The notes: generated by a model not told the origin, from the sequence alone. Positions 29,845 through 39,294 are shown, numbered from the stretch's first letter. The stretch is 64,000 nucleotides of DNA from an uncultured Thermococci archaeon (GCA_964595645.1 CAZQQT010000001.1:1-64000); one strand, 5' to 3'. Numbers and translations are program-made.

Positions 29845-30798
29845 ATGAAAGAAAAAATTATCGAAACATCACATTTAACCAAGAAATTCGGTGATCTCAC
29901 TGCAGTGGATGATCTTACTATCCACGTTAACAAGGGGGAGCTCGTTGGATTTCTCGGTCCCAACGGCGCCGGAAAAACAACAACTATATCCATGCTCAGC
30001 ACGATTCTCAAACCTACGAGTGGGGACGCATTTATTGATGGACACAGTGTCACAAAAGAGCCGCAGGAGGTCCGAAAACGTATTGGTCTCTGTCCGCAGG
30101 AGCTCATTTTCTACGATTACCTCACCGTCCTTGAGAACTGCGAGTTTTTCGCCGAGATGTACCACCTTCCCCAGGACAAAATTCATGAGCAGGTTGAACG
30201 GCTATCAGATATCCTCGGGCTGAACGAGAAACTCCATGCTCGGGCCTCTACGCTGAGCGGCGGACTGAAACGGCGAATGAATCTCTTGATGGGTCTTGTT
30301 ATGGATCCCGAGATCGTCTTCCTCGACGAGCCCTCACTGGGACTGGATCCTCAAGCGTCACGGAACACATGGGAGTTTATCCGCGATCTTAAAAAACAGG
30401 GCAAAACAATCATTCTTACTACCCATAATATGCGCGAGGCTGAAGAACTCAGCGATCGGGTGTACATCATCGACTACGGGAAGATTATCTCGGAAGGAAG
30501 TCCTCAGTCTCTTCGAGCGAATATTGGAGAAGGAGAGTTTTTCGACCTGAAATTTAAGGAATCCCTCGATCTCGAGGAATTGAAAGAGAAAATAGCAGCA
30601 TTGGGACATTATATTAAGAATGTGCAGATCCTCAGTGAGGACAGAATGGTTGTCTCGGCAACAGGAGGAATAAAACGCCTGCTCGAGATAGAAAAACTTC
30701 TCCCTCACGAGTTGGAAACGTTGGAAAATCTCAATATCCATGGAAATACCCTCGAGGATGTGTTTTTGGTGCTCACGGGGAGGGAGCTACGGGAGTGA
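29845..30798 (+). CDS. ABC-2/DrrA-type exporter ATP-binding protein
   Basis: GPNGAGKTT, LSGG, LDEP, TTH. Confidence 0.92.
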   Translation: MKEKIIETSHLTKKFGDLTAVDDLTIHVNKGELVGFLGPNGAGKTTTISMLSTILKPTSGDAFIDGHSVTKEPQEVRKRIGLCPQELIFYDYLTVLENCEFFAEMYHLPQDKIHEQVERLSDILGLNEKLHARASTLSGGLKRRMNLLMGLVMDPEIVFLDEPSLGLDPQASRNTWEFIRDLKKQGKTIILTTHNMREAEELSDRVYIIDYGKIISEGSPQSLRANIGEGEFFDLKFKESLDLEELKEKIAALGHYIKNVQILSEDRMVVSATGGIKRLLEIEKLLPHELETLENLNIHGNTLEDVFLVLTGRELRE

Positions 30799-30802
30799 TA
30801 CC

Positions 30803-31585
30803 ATGAGAGAGATCTGGGCGTTAATGATGAAGAATTTGAAGTTCCGTTTGAGGGAGCCGCAACAGTACCTCTTCATGTTTGGGTTTCCTGTCATGTTTGT
30901 TACCATGTTCTGGGTCATGTTTAGGGGGATGGAGGCCGAGGGACATACAGTGTTTGATATGTTCATCTGGTCGGTGCTTGGATTTACCACAGCCTTCGCG
31001 ACACAATCGGCATCGGTGGCCTTCAGTCAGGAGAAAGAAAGTGGAACGCTGAAACGACTTCTCACTACCCCATTGGGGAGTAAGGGATCAATTTTCACCG
31101 GATTTATTCTTTCCGAGATCGTAATTATTACGATTCAGATTGGAATTGTATATGTCTTGGCGTTTCTTGGCCTGGATGTATACTTTTCGAGTGTTCCCGC
31201 TCTGCTTGCGAATTTCGGTGTGTATCTCCTTCTCGCCTTCGTCTGCATCGGTATTGGATTGATTCTTGCTGCAGTACTCAGCGCCAAACTGGCGGGGCAG
31301 CTCCCCATGATCATTATCATGCCCATGGTGATGCTGAGCGGGACGTTTGTTCCCATTAACAGCCCGGTGATCTACGCAACACCCGTGTTCTGGGCATCGC
31401 AGTTCGCCCAGGAAATTGGGGTTAGAGGGAGTGATCTCCTCAGCAATGTGGTAGTTCACCAACTCGGCGGCTCTCCTATTCCGACAGATATTACACTCTG
31501 GTGGAGCATTCCGATCCTCGGCGGATTCGCACTTGTGTTCATGGCAGCAGGACTTTTCCTATTCAGTACGCAGCTCCAGGAATGA
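30803..31585 (+). CDS. ABC-2 type exporter permease
   Basis: EKESGTLKRLLTTP, six TM segments, LSGTFVP. Confidence 0.88.
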   Translation: MREIWALMMKNLKFRLREPQQYLFMFGFPVMFVTMFWVMFRGMEAEGHTVFDMFIWSVLGFTTAFATQSASVAFSQEKESGTLKRLLTTPLGSKGSIFTGFILSEIVIITIQIGIVYVLAFLGLDVYFSSVPALLANFGVYLLLAFVCIGIGLILAAVLSAKLAGQLPMIIIMPMVMLSGTFVPINSPVIYATPVFWASQFAQEIGVRGSDLLSNVVVHQLGGSPIPTDITLWWSIPILGGFALVFMAAGLFLFSTQLQE

Positions 31586-31690
31586 CATGTAAGAGACCAC
31601 CGATGTATCAGAAATCTTTTTCATTATACTTTCATGGAGCATGTGTTTTGTACCCAATAGATTTAAATAAAACTCGAGAAATGAGCAATC

Positions 31691-32059
31691 ATGAAAATCG
31701 AACTGCTGTACATTATGGATTGTTCCTGGTGTGTGAAAACGAAAAAACTGATTACAGAGAGCCTCCAGGATCTCGGAGTAGATGCCGACGTTGAGGAGAT
31801 CTTGATCGACTCGGAGGAAAAAGCAAAAAAATATGGCTTTGTTGGTTCACCCACCATTAGAATCAATGGAGAGGACATTCAAGAGAAACTCAAGAAGGAA
31901 GAATGTGCCTCCTGTGAAGAGCTCGCTGAGCAGGGAGAAACAACAGAATTTGCGGAACAGGAGTGTGAGTGTGGATGCAGGGTCTATTTCTATGAAGGGG
32001 AAGAGTATTCCTATCCACCAAAAGCAATGATCGAGGATGCCATTAAGAGATGTTCATGA
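31691..32059 (+). CDS. Thioredoxin-like DUF2703-type protein, Cys-rich
   Basis: CSWC, GSPTIRINGEDI, CRVY; 8 Cys. Confidence 0.75.
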   Translation: MKIELLYIMDCSWCVKTKKLITESLQDLGVDADVEEILIDSEEKAKKYGFVGSPTIRINGEDIQEKLKKEECASCEELAEQGETTEFAEQECECGCRVYFYEGEEYSYPPKAMIEDAIKRCS

Positions 32060-32092
32060 TAAGGTATAAGTATCGTGAAGAGAAGAGAGAGT

Positions 32093-32650
32093 ATGCTTAC
32101 GCAGGAAGAGGGTGAAGAGTTAGTAACACTCGCGAGAAAAAATATTGAACACTATCTACAAACAGGAAATAAAATTGATCTGGACGATGTCAAAGAAAAG
32201 TATCAGGAGAAAAGAGGCGTATTTGTCACTCTAAAAAAGGATAACGAGTTGCGAGGATGTATCGGCTACTCACGACCTATCATGCCCCTTATTGATGCAC
32301 TTCGCGATGCATCTATCAGTGCGGCCACCCGCGATCCTCGGTTTCCATCGGTGAGTAAGCAGGAGATGAAGGAAATCACTGTGGAGGTCACTGTCCTCAC
32401 ACCGCCGGAACAGATACAGGCGGAACCGCAGAAATATCCTGAGATAATCGAGATAGGGAGGGACGGATTGATTGTGGAGAAAGGCGGCCGTTCTGGCCTG
32501 TTACTTCCACAGGTCCCTGAGGAGTGGGGATGGGACGAAGAGGAGTTCCTCTCACAAACCTGTCGAAAGGCGGGTCTCCCTATGGATGTGTGGACCGATA
32601 AGGACACAAAGATCTACAAGTTTCAGGGACAGATATTCAAAGAAGAGTGA
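32093..32650 (+). CDS. AMMECR1-domain protein (AmmeMemoRadiSam protein A type)
   Basis: GVFVTL..LRGCIG, DPRF, GLLLPQV, CRKAG. Confidence 0.93.
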   Translation: MLTQEEGEELVTLARKNIEHYLQTGNKIDLDDVKEKYQEKRGVFVTLKKDNELRGCIGYSRPIMPLIDALRDASISAATRDPRFPSVSKQEMKEITVEVTVLTPPEQIQAEPQKYPEIIEIGRDGLIVEKGGRSGLLLPQVPEEWGWDEEEFLSQTCRKAGLPMDVWTDKDTKIYKFQGQIFKEE

Positions 32651-32652
32651 GG

Positions 32653-33132
32653 TCACATCTTTACCCGTGTTACCTCGATATAGGTGATATCGTTCTCCAT
32701 ATCCACAAATGCCAATACCATCTTTTTATTCACGGTATGGGCCATCCTCACCGTTCTCACAAACTCATGGCTCTCTACACGTTCTTTTTCATCCACTGCG
32801 TGAATAAGATACTCCGCGTGATCTTCTACACTTCCCCTATACGCCCTGAAATGTGCACCATACTTGAACCCTGCCTTCACAATGAGTCCCCGTTCACGGA
32901 GATCTTTGTACACGAGAAATTTTATATCGAAGGATCGTTCTTCTCTGGCAGCGGCGAGGATATCTTTCTTGTCTTCTAACTCCAGCGTCCCTCGATCCAC
33001 GAGATACGCCGCTTCAATAAGATCGAGATAGAGCTTTCCATTCTCTACAGTACCGTAGGATTTGTTTGTCAGCTTGCTGATAGCTCGTGTGTTTTCCACT
33101 ACTACCCTAGTATCCAGTAATTTCCCGATCAC
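32653..33132 (-). CDS. endA: tRNA-intron endonuclease, single-unit (alpha4-size), 159 aa
   Basis: LIEAAYL, VYKDLRERG, GFKYGAHFRAY, HAEY, RMAHTVNK; GTG start at 33132 (the longer ORF crosses the tRNA). Confidence 0.92.
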   Translation of the reverse strand: MIGKLLDTRVVVENTRAISKLTNKSYGTVENGKLYLDLIEAAYLVDRGTLELEDKKDILAAAREERSFDIKFLVYKDLRERGLIVKAGFKYGAHFRAYRGSVEDHAEYLIHAVDEKERVESHEFVRTVRMAHTVNKKMVLAFVDMENDITYIEVTRVKM

Positions 33133-33157
33133 AGTGATTCCCTCAAAAAATGAAAAG

Positions 33158-33320
33158 TGGGGACGGCGGGATTTGAACCCGAATCCATGGGTTTCTCCGC
33201 TCCAGAAACTCGTCATCCGATATGTCAGCAAACCCGTGGTCAGCCTCACAGAGGAGACTCGGTATTTTTCTATACTCTATCTCTGGAGCCCATGATGATC
33301 CCTGGTTACACCACGTCCCC
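33158..33320 (-). tRNA. tRNA-Trp(CCA) with 90-nt intron at 37/38 (intron 33193-33282); 3' CCA not encoded
   Basis: GGGGACG/CGTCCCC acceptor stem, ATGGG/CCCAT anticodon stem, CTCCAG|A loop, TTCAAAT T-loop; BHB central helix CTCC/GGAG with AGA and AAA bulges. Confidence 0.95.
33193..33282 (-). ncRNA. Intron-encoded box C/D guide RNA of pre-tRNA-Trp (box D degenerate)
   Basis: GTGAGGC (C) - CCACGGGTTTG - CTGA (D') - GGATGAC (C') - TTTCTGGAGC; both guides are complementary to this tRNA's anticodon arm. Confidence 0.75.
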
Positions 33321-33371
33321 GTGGTCGTATGTACTTTTCCTTTTATCGTTCATATAAAAGGTTTACTCTCT

Positions 33372-34457
33372 TTATATAGGGATATCCCCCTTTTTAAATA
33401 CAAGGACTGTAGCCCCAAGAACTACTACTGCCAGGACACACAGTGCGGCGAACTCACCGAGATTGAGAACATTATCGTACAGCGCCGCATTGTAATCCCA
33501 GTACTCTACAATACTGAGATCAGCGAGTATTGAGAACTTCTCGGAGAGGTTCCCGATCACGGAGAGCATGTACTCAACGAAGACAAAGGCAAAGGTGCCC
33601 CCCATTGCTGTCCGTGCATTTCTAAAATAGACCGCGGCGAGCATTCCCACTGCAATGATCACCATGAACAGAGGGAGAGAGCCGATAAAGGCCAGGATCG
33701 TTGGACCGCTGGCGAGCGTATCGGAGATATTCAGCGAGTCCACCGATCCGACAACCGCACCTGCGGCAAGAAGAAGAAGGACAGCAGTGTACCCGCTGAG
33801 AGCGAGGAACTTCTCGATGAGATACTCTTCTCTAGAAAGGGGCGTGGAGAATATCAGGTCCATTCGTTTCTTCTCGAAATCCCCGGAAATGGTATTCACC
33901 GCGATATATGCCAGGAAGAGACCAATCAGTAGAACCCACCAGCTGAAGATTTCCATTGAGATGAATCCCTCTATTTCATAGATAGATACTGCTTTTCCCT
34001 TAGTCATTCCTTTATAAAAGGGACTTTCCAGCAGTTCGTCAAAGGGATTTGTTTTCTTCTCCGTGGATACCATGGCGACGAGTATCGGCTCCGTCGGGTC
34101 ATCGGTAACGGCAAGCACCGCGTAGTGCCTGTTTCCCTCGAAATCCTTTGGAAAGGATGTCTCGGTTCCTGCACCAGTGTAGATCACCGTCCCGCCGATC
34201 ATAGAGACGCTCTCACTTTCCATGACAATATACTGAGTCGTTCCCTCTACCGGTTCCCACGAGAGCGTTATCGTTCCACCCATCTCCTCGGGAACGGTAA
34301 TCTCGATATTCTCGGAGCCTTCCAGTTCTTCAGCTGTCTCCGCAAAGGTGGGAAATATTTTGGGCATGGCACCTACGAATAGGAGAACGACGAGAAGAAA
34401 GATGAGGAGACCCTTCCATCCGCTGACAAACTCCATGAGAAATGTTCTCCCCCTCAT
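33372..34457 (-). CDS. ABC-2 family permease with inserted FN3-like extracellular domain
   Basis: DFEKKRMDLIFSTPLSR, C-terminal KKGDI; loop 1 carries ITLSWEPVEG..Y.V..Y.G..HYAVLAV. Confidence 0.85.
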   Translation of the reverse strand: MRGRTFLMEFVSGWKGLLIFLLVVLLFVGAMPKIFPTFAETAEELEGSENIEITVPEEMGGTITLSWEPVEGTTQYIVMESESVSMIGGTVIYTGAGTETSFPKDFEGNRHYAVLAVTDDPTEPILVAMVSTEKKTNPFDELLESPFYKGMTKGKAVSIYEIEGFISMEIFSWWVLLIGLFLAYIAVNTISGDFEKKRMDLIFSTPLSREEYLIEKFLALSGYTAVLLLLAAGAVVGSVDSLNISDTLASGPTILAFIGSLPLFMVIIAVGMLAAVYFRNARTAMGGTFAFVFVEYMLSVIGNLSEKFSILADLSIVEYWDYNAALYDNVLNLGEFAALCVLAVVVLGATVLVFKKGDIPI

Positions 34458-35353
34458 TGGTCATCACCCCCCGTATAGTACTTCAGAAAGAGCTGTTCGA
34501 GAGGAAATGTTCTGAGCGTCATATTGACAATCTTGTGGGTGGATATCTTCTTTATCATCTCATCTAGATTCTCGGTAACGATACAGGAGAGCGTCATCCC
34601 ATCCATCGTGATATGGTTCACCCCTTTCAGCTCGAACTCGTGAGGATCCACCTCATTCCTGAACTCAACGGTGAGGCTCTTCCCCAGCTTCTCTTGAAGG
34701 GCAGCGATCTCTTCAATTACCTGGAGTTGTCCCTCCTTGATGATCGCCACACGATCGCAGACCTCCTCTACTTCGGCGAGGATATGCGATGACATGAAGA
34801 TCGTTTTTCCCCGTTCCTTCTCCTCCCGAAGTATCCGGTAGACCTCCTGCTGCATCAGAGGATCGAGACCTGCGGTAGGCTCATCGAGAATAATGATGTC
34901 CTGATCCGCCATGAATGCCTGGACAATACCCACCTTCTGGCGGTTTCCCTTCGAGAGATCGCCCGTCTTTTTCGTGAGATCGAGTTCCAGCCGTTCGGCA
35001 AGTTCCTTCATCCTCTCATCCGATTTCACACCGCTCAGTGAGAGCAAATAACGCAAAACGGTCCTCGTCTTCAGACCGGAAAAGAGCCCAAAATCACCGG
35101 GTAAGTACCCAACTCTCCTCCGTATTCTCGTTGAGTCTTCATGTGAGTCCATGCCAAATATTGTGATCTCTCCCTCCGTTTTTGAGAGGAGACCGAGACA
35201 CGTTCTGATCGTTGTCGTCTTCCCCGCACCGTTGGGGCCGAGGTATCCCATGATCTCTCCTTTGTACACGTCGAGATCCAGATCCTGAATCCCCACCTGC
35301 TTCCCATACATCTTGGTGAGTGATCGTATTTTCATTACTCGTTCTCTTTCCAT
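34454..35353 (-). CDS. ABC transporter ATP-binding protein
   Basis: GPNGAGKTT, LSKGNRQK, LDEPT, SSH. Confidence 0.92.
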   Translation of the reverse strand: MERERVMKIRSLTKMYGKQVGIQDLDLDVYKGEIMGYLGPNGAGKTTTIRTCLGLLSKTEGEITIFGMDSHEDSTRIRRRVGYLPGDFGLFSGLKTRTVLRYLLSLSGVKSDERMKELAERLELDLTKKTGDLSKGNRQKVGIVQAFMADQDIIILDEPTAGLDPLMQQEVYRILREEKERGKTIFMSSHILAEVEEVCDRVAIIKEGQLQVIEEIAALQEKLGKSLTVEFRNEVDPHEFELKGVNHITMDGMTLSCIVTENLDEMIKKISTHKIVNMTLRTFPLEQLFLKYYTGGDDQ

Positions 35354-36030
35354 GATATCTCTCCAGTCTTTTCTTGATATTTAGATAGTGTTTCTTCAAA
35401 ATTCTCTATTCCCTCTGCATAAAGAGATTTAATACTCCCTTTCTCTGCACCGAGAACACGTTCCATGAGATCGATGGCTGCGACATACTGCTTCTTCAGC
35501 TTTTCTATATCCCTTAGTGGATTTTTTGGGATTTCAATAGTAGTATTACTCGAAAAGATGAACTTCGCTGCCATTTCTGGGTATTCAGTATCGAACACTC
35601 CTTCCTCTACTCCTTGTTTTATAATTTTCGTGAATAGAGGGAGAATCTTTTCCTGCGTCTTCTTCCTGAGCTTATGGTAGAGCAGTATATTTTTCTCTCC
35701 CCGAAAGACCCAGATCATGTACTCTCTTCCCCCTTCGATATGATTGGAGAGACGTATTAAGCGAGCGAATTTCTCTCTAGCTGTGAGATGAGAGTCCTCC
35801 ACGAATTTTTTTGCTTCCTTTTCATATGTCACGAGCATTCTGTTGACGATTTCTTCAATGATATCTTTTTTGGATTCGAAGTAGTAGTAGAACAGTCCTT
35901 TAGCTACACCAATATTTTCTACGATATCCATTACAGAAGTATTTTCATACCCTTTTTCCATAAAGAGTTTCTCTGCCGTATCCACTATTTCCTTTTTCCG
36001 TTCTTTGGGGCGTTTTACTGTTCTCGACAT
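35335..36030 (-). CDS. TetR/AcrR family transcriptional regulator
   Basis: EIVDTAEKLFMEKGYENTSV..GVAKGLFYYYFESK. Confidence 0.93.
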   Translation of the reverse strand: MSRTVKRPKERKKEIVDTAEKLFMEKGYENTSVMDIVENIGVAKGLFYYYFESKKDIIEEIVNRMLVTYEKEAKKFVEDSHLTAREKFARLIRLSNHIEGGREYMIWVFRGEKNILLYHKLRKKTQEKILPLFTKIIKQGVEEGVFDTEYPEMAAKFIFSSNTTIEIPKNPLRDIEKLKKQYVAAIDLMERVLGAEKGSIKSLYAEGIENFEETLSKYQEKTGEISWKENE

Positions 36031-36038
36031 CCGGTCAC

Positions 36039-36059
36039 CTACTGACTGACAGTCAATAG
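36039..36059. promoter_or_regulatory. Probable TetR operator, CTAcTGACTG-A-CAGTCAaTAG
   Basis: Inverted repeat between the TATA (36073-36080) and the tetR start codon. Confidence 0.75.
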
Positions 36060-36219
36060 TATGATCGGATCCTTTATAAAAGTTTTGCAAAGCTTAATGA
36101 TATCGACATTCAACCATTATCTATGTATAAACTATACTTATTTTTTCGAAAATTAACATTTAGTGTTCGAACAAACAAAGAGATTGTATCCTCACGAGTA
36201 AAAAGGAGAAATAAAAATA

Positions 36220-36759
36220 TTATTGTTTCTTTGAAAATCCGTGGGTGCCGATGATGTCGCCAATTGAGTGGTACTCGCCATTCACGTAGCAGACGAGATC
36301 AGCCTTGTTATAGTCCACCTTTCCATTCTCGACAAGTGCTTCATCGACATTCACAGCAACTATCCTCCCAATCACAAGATCGTGGGTGCCAAGAGAAACC
36401 ATTTTTTCGAGTGTGCATTCGATATTCACCGGACACTCCTCTATTAGGGGCGCTGATAGTTTTTTTGCCTTTTCTTTGGTGAGTCCCGTTTCAGCAAACT
36501 TGTTCACATCCCGTCCGGAGATTGTACCACAGTAGTCAACCTCTTCCAGTATCTCCTTCGTGGGAATGTTCACTACGAACTCGCCGGATTTTTTAATGAG
36601 TTCGTGAGAATGGCGTGTTGGTCGTATCGCCGCCGAAACCATAGGTGGATCGTGGCATGCAGTACCTATCCACGCAATGGTAATAATGTTGTCCTCTGCT
36701 GTTATCAGCACCACAGGTATTGGGTAGAGTGCCGTCGATGGATTCCTTTCTAGTTTCAT
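36220..36759 (-). CDS. Flavin reductase-like (flavoredoxin) protein
   Basis: YPIPVVL, NIITIAW, EFVVNIP, SGRDVNKF, ECPVNIEC, GTHD. Confidence 0.9.
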   Translation of the reverse strand: MKLERNPSTALYPIPVVLITAEDNIITIAWIGTACHDPPMVSAAIRPTRHSHELIKKSGEFVVNIPTKEILEEVDYCGTISGRDVNKFAETGLTKEKAKKLSAPLIEECPVNIECTLEKMVSLGTHDLVIGRIVAVNVDEALVENGKVDYNKADLVCYVNGEYHSIGDIIGTHGFSKKQ

Positions 36760-36781
36760 ACTGCATATTCCTGTTCAACCT

Positions 36782-36991
36782 TTATAAAGATTTTTCATTC
36801 TCTCCATAAAGAAATATATCCTCAATTTTTACGTCGAAGAATCGTGCCATTTTAAATGCAAGCGGAAGGGAAGGGTCGTATTTCTCACGTTCTATCGAGT
36901 GTATCGTCTGTCGTGTCACGCCGAGCTGATCGGCAAGTTCTTTTTGTGTGAGATCGTGCATCGCTCTATAGACTTTGAGTTTGTTCTTCAT
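36782..36991 (-). CDS. XRE-family HTH regulator
   Basis: LTQKELADQLGVTRQTIHSIEREKYDPSLPLAF. Confidence 0.93.
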   Translation of the reverse strand: MKNKLKVYRAMHDLTQKELADQLGVTRQTIHSIEREKYDPSLPLAFKMARFFDVKIEDIFLYGENEKSL

Positions 36992-36992
36992 C

Positions 36993-37379
36993 TCATGCAC
37001 CATACTGACGGCTATAATACCAGTAAAAGATCATATACACTACAAACAACCCCGTTGCAAAATACGCCAGCATAAATCCAATCTGTTCTCTTTCTATGTA
37101 TCCACTTCTACTCAGTCCAATTGTGAGAAGTCCCAGTGCCGCTGTGGAGATACCGACGAGCTGTACCGTCCGTTGTGATGCCTGTTCACTTATTCTGTAG
37201 TTTCTTTCGTCTTCTACGACTTCATTAACTCTCATTTTGCATAGATAAAGGAGTAATATTCCTCCTAACACTGCTATCAATGGGGCTACTAGATTTCCTC
37301 GTGCAATAGAGAACCCAACTACAGCTCCAACTGTCAATCCGATTCCTATCACGTATTTTCTATATTTTTTTCTCTCCAT
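36993..37379 (-). CDS. DUF2178-family membrane protein
   Basis: Four TM segments with central EDER..ISEQAS motif; typical XRE partner. Confidence 0.85.
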   Translation of the reverse strand: MERKKYRKYVIGIGLTVGAVVGFSIARGNLVAPLIAVLGGILLLYLCKMRVNEVVEDERNYRISEQASQRTVQLVGISTAALGLLTIGLSRSGYIEREQIGFMLAYFATGLFVVYMIFYWYYSRQYGA

Positions 37380-37392
37380 CTACCTCACCTCA

Positions 37393-37578
37393 TCATTCCT
37401 CCTCCCTAGTCTTCAGGAGGATAAATCCAACGAACACTCCCACGCCTCCAGTCGTTAAAAGTATCGTAGAAAGAAAAGTTGAAGGATACAGCTTTTTCAC
37501 TGTCCCTCCCGCAAGAAGAAGCGGAATACAAATCACCCATATCCAAAACGTTGCTTTTCTCCATTTGTTCCTGAACAT
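37393..37578 (-). CDS. Small two-TM membrane protein
   Basis: 61 aa; GGTGA RBS; first gene of the DUF2178-XRE operon. Confidence 0.7.
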   Translation of the reverse strand: MFRNKWRKATFWIWVICIPLLLAGGTVKKLYPSTFLSTILLTTGGVGVFVGFILLKTREEE

Positions 37579-37589
37579 CTATCTCACCT

Positions 37590-37647
37590 GTAAAATCTAG
37601 TTTCCTTAATGTAAAGTGTACTTTACTTAATGCTTTATAAACTTTAC
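37590..37647. promoter_or_regulatory. Three operator-like boxes at 21-bp periodicity (GTAAAG-N4-CTTTAC), the third overlapping the TATA box
   Basis: GTAAAATCTAGTTTCC-TTAAT-GTAAAGTGTACTTTAC-TTAAT-GCTTTATAAACTTTAC. Confidence 0.75.
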
Positions 37648-37677
37648 GGTCAGAAGCATCTCACGAGAATAAGATTA

Positions 37678-38457
37678 TTATTTTTTCTTACATTTCAAGA
37701 CATAGTGGCGGGGGTATGTGAGATATCCGTCCTCCCCCACCTTCCAAGAGATTCGATCAACTTCATCACGCAACGCTTCTTTCAATTCCTTACTCCACTC
37801 GAGTTCCTCGATATCCTCACTCATTATTCTCTCCCACTCATCCATTGTCTCCCCATACTTCTCGATTTTTCTTTCGGAAAATACTCTCTCATCGTATACA
37901 TTAAACCCAAGAAGTTCAACTGTCGTTTTCACCTCTTCAAGCAACGGTTCCGTGGACCACGTCTCTCCCTTCAGTCTATACACCGCCTTGGCGAAGTTCC
38001 ACCGTCTCCACTGCCCCTCATTTTCCGGCGTTCTCTTCACCGGTGTCTCCGAGGTAATAATGAGCTGACCTCTCTGTTTTAACACCCTCTTAAATTCTTT
38101 CAGCGCTGACAGGAGTTTTAATGGCCGTGGATTAAGGAAAATTATCGTATCATGACAGTTGATGATATTGATGGATTCGTTCTCAAGAAAATCTAGGTTG
38201 AAGATATCCGCCTTTTGTAGCTCAACATATTGTGCATACGCTCCGAGATTCTTCCGTACCTCCTCCTTCCACTCTTCTTCGTTTTCGCCGGGAATATCAA
38301 AGGTGTCCACGGAAATTATTTCCGATGTGCCTCCCCCCTCATGGACCCTCTCTGCCCAGATAGAGAGACTTTTCCCCGCTCCTGTCGCAGCGTCAAGAAT
38401 ATGTTTGTGCTGTAAATCCAGATCACTCAAAATGAACTCATGAATTTTATCCATCAC
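37678..38457 (-). CDS. Class I SAM-dependent methyltransferase
   Basis: ILDAATGAG, ADIF, EFKRVLK..GQLII. Confidence 0.82.
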   Translation of the reverse strand: MMDKIHEFILSDLDLQHKHILDAATGAGKSLSIWAERVHEGGGTSEIISVDTFDIPGENEEEWKEEVRKNLGAYAQYVELQKADIFNLDFLENESINIINCHDTIIFLNPRPLKLLSALKEFKRVLKQRGQLIITSETPVKRTPENEGQWRRWNFAKAVYRLKGETWSTEPLLEEVKTTVELLGFNVYDERVFSERKIEKYGETMDEWERIMSEDIEELEWSKELKEALRDEVDRISWKVGEDGYLTYPRHYVLKCKKK

Positions 38458-38464
38458 ATCACCT

Positions 38465-39160
38465 TTATTGAAGTAGTTTCGTTAGTTGGTAGAGTGATTG
38501 GATCTCAAAATCCGGCTCTATGTCTCCTTTTTTCGGTGCGTTGCGTGCGTTGAACCAACATGCCCTCATTCCTGCTTTTTTTGCACCGTACACATCGGCA
38601 TGATACGAATCACCAATGTACAGTGATTCTTCAGATCCCGCATCGAAGGATTCCAGCGCCTTCCAGAAAATGTGCGGATCCGGCTTTCTGATACCGAGTT
38701 CCTCTGAAAGTACAATCCTCTGAAAGGTCTTCGTGAGTCCCAAAGCGTTCAATTTCCGATACTGTACTTCCTTGGAACCGTTGGAGATAACTCCCATAGA
38801 GTATCGTGGACGAAGGGACGTCACTACCGAGGTGGCATGTTCGATAGGCGTATTCAACGTGGGATACACTCGATAAAACATCTCAGTCATCTCTTCGGCA
38901 AACGCATCATCGAGCTCAAGAGCTCGAAGAATTCTCCGCTGTCTCTCAAGGCGGATGACATCCAGAGGTTTCCCTTCGTGGAACTCTTTCAGTGCTATCT
39001 TATCAGCCTCAAGAAACGCACTAATAAGCCCTTCTTCACTGATATCGCAAAAAATATTTGTATATCTCTTTGCAATTTGTTTGAGCGCCTCTTTGTGAGC
39101 TCTATCCATATCGAAAAGAGTGTTATCGATATCAAAGAATACAACTTTTATTGATGACAT
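38465..39160 (-). CDS. HAD hydrolase (YjjG-like nucleotidase)
   Basis: DIDNTL, SNG, KPD, IGDS..D. Confidence 0.9.
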   Translation of the reverse strand: MSSIKVVFFDIDNTLFDMDRAHKEALKQIAKRYTNIFCDISEEGLISAFLEADKIALKEFHEGKPLDVIRLERQRRILRALELDDAFAEEMTEMFYRVYPTLNTPIEHATSVVTSLRPRYSMGVISNGSKEVQYRKLNALGLTKTFQRIVLSEELGIRKPDPHIFWKALESFDAGSEESLYIGDSYHADVYGAKKAGMRACWFNARNAPKKGDIEPDFEIQSLYQLTKLLQ

Positions 39161-39294
39161 GGTGATTCTCCGTCATGAGTCTTAATAAGGATTATGGGAA
39201 TATTGAGGAGTTTCATCCTGGCATATTATCTTCCGAATATAAAATTTCATAACGATATTATCTATCTCGTTAACTCGGAGCATTAATTCGTTTC

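Noticed and set aside
33133-33249. N-terminal extension of EndA in the ORF track
   Set aside because: It runs through the tRNA-Trp gene; the GTG at 33132 has an RBS-like GAGG upstream
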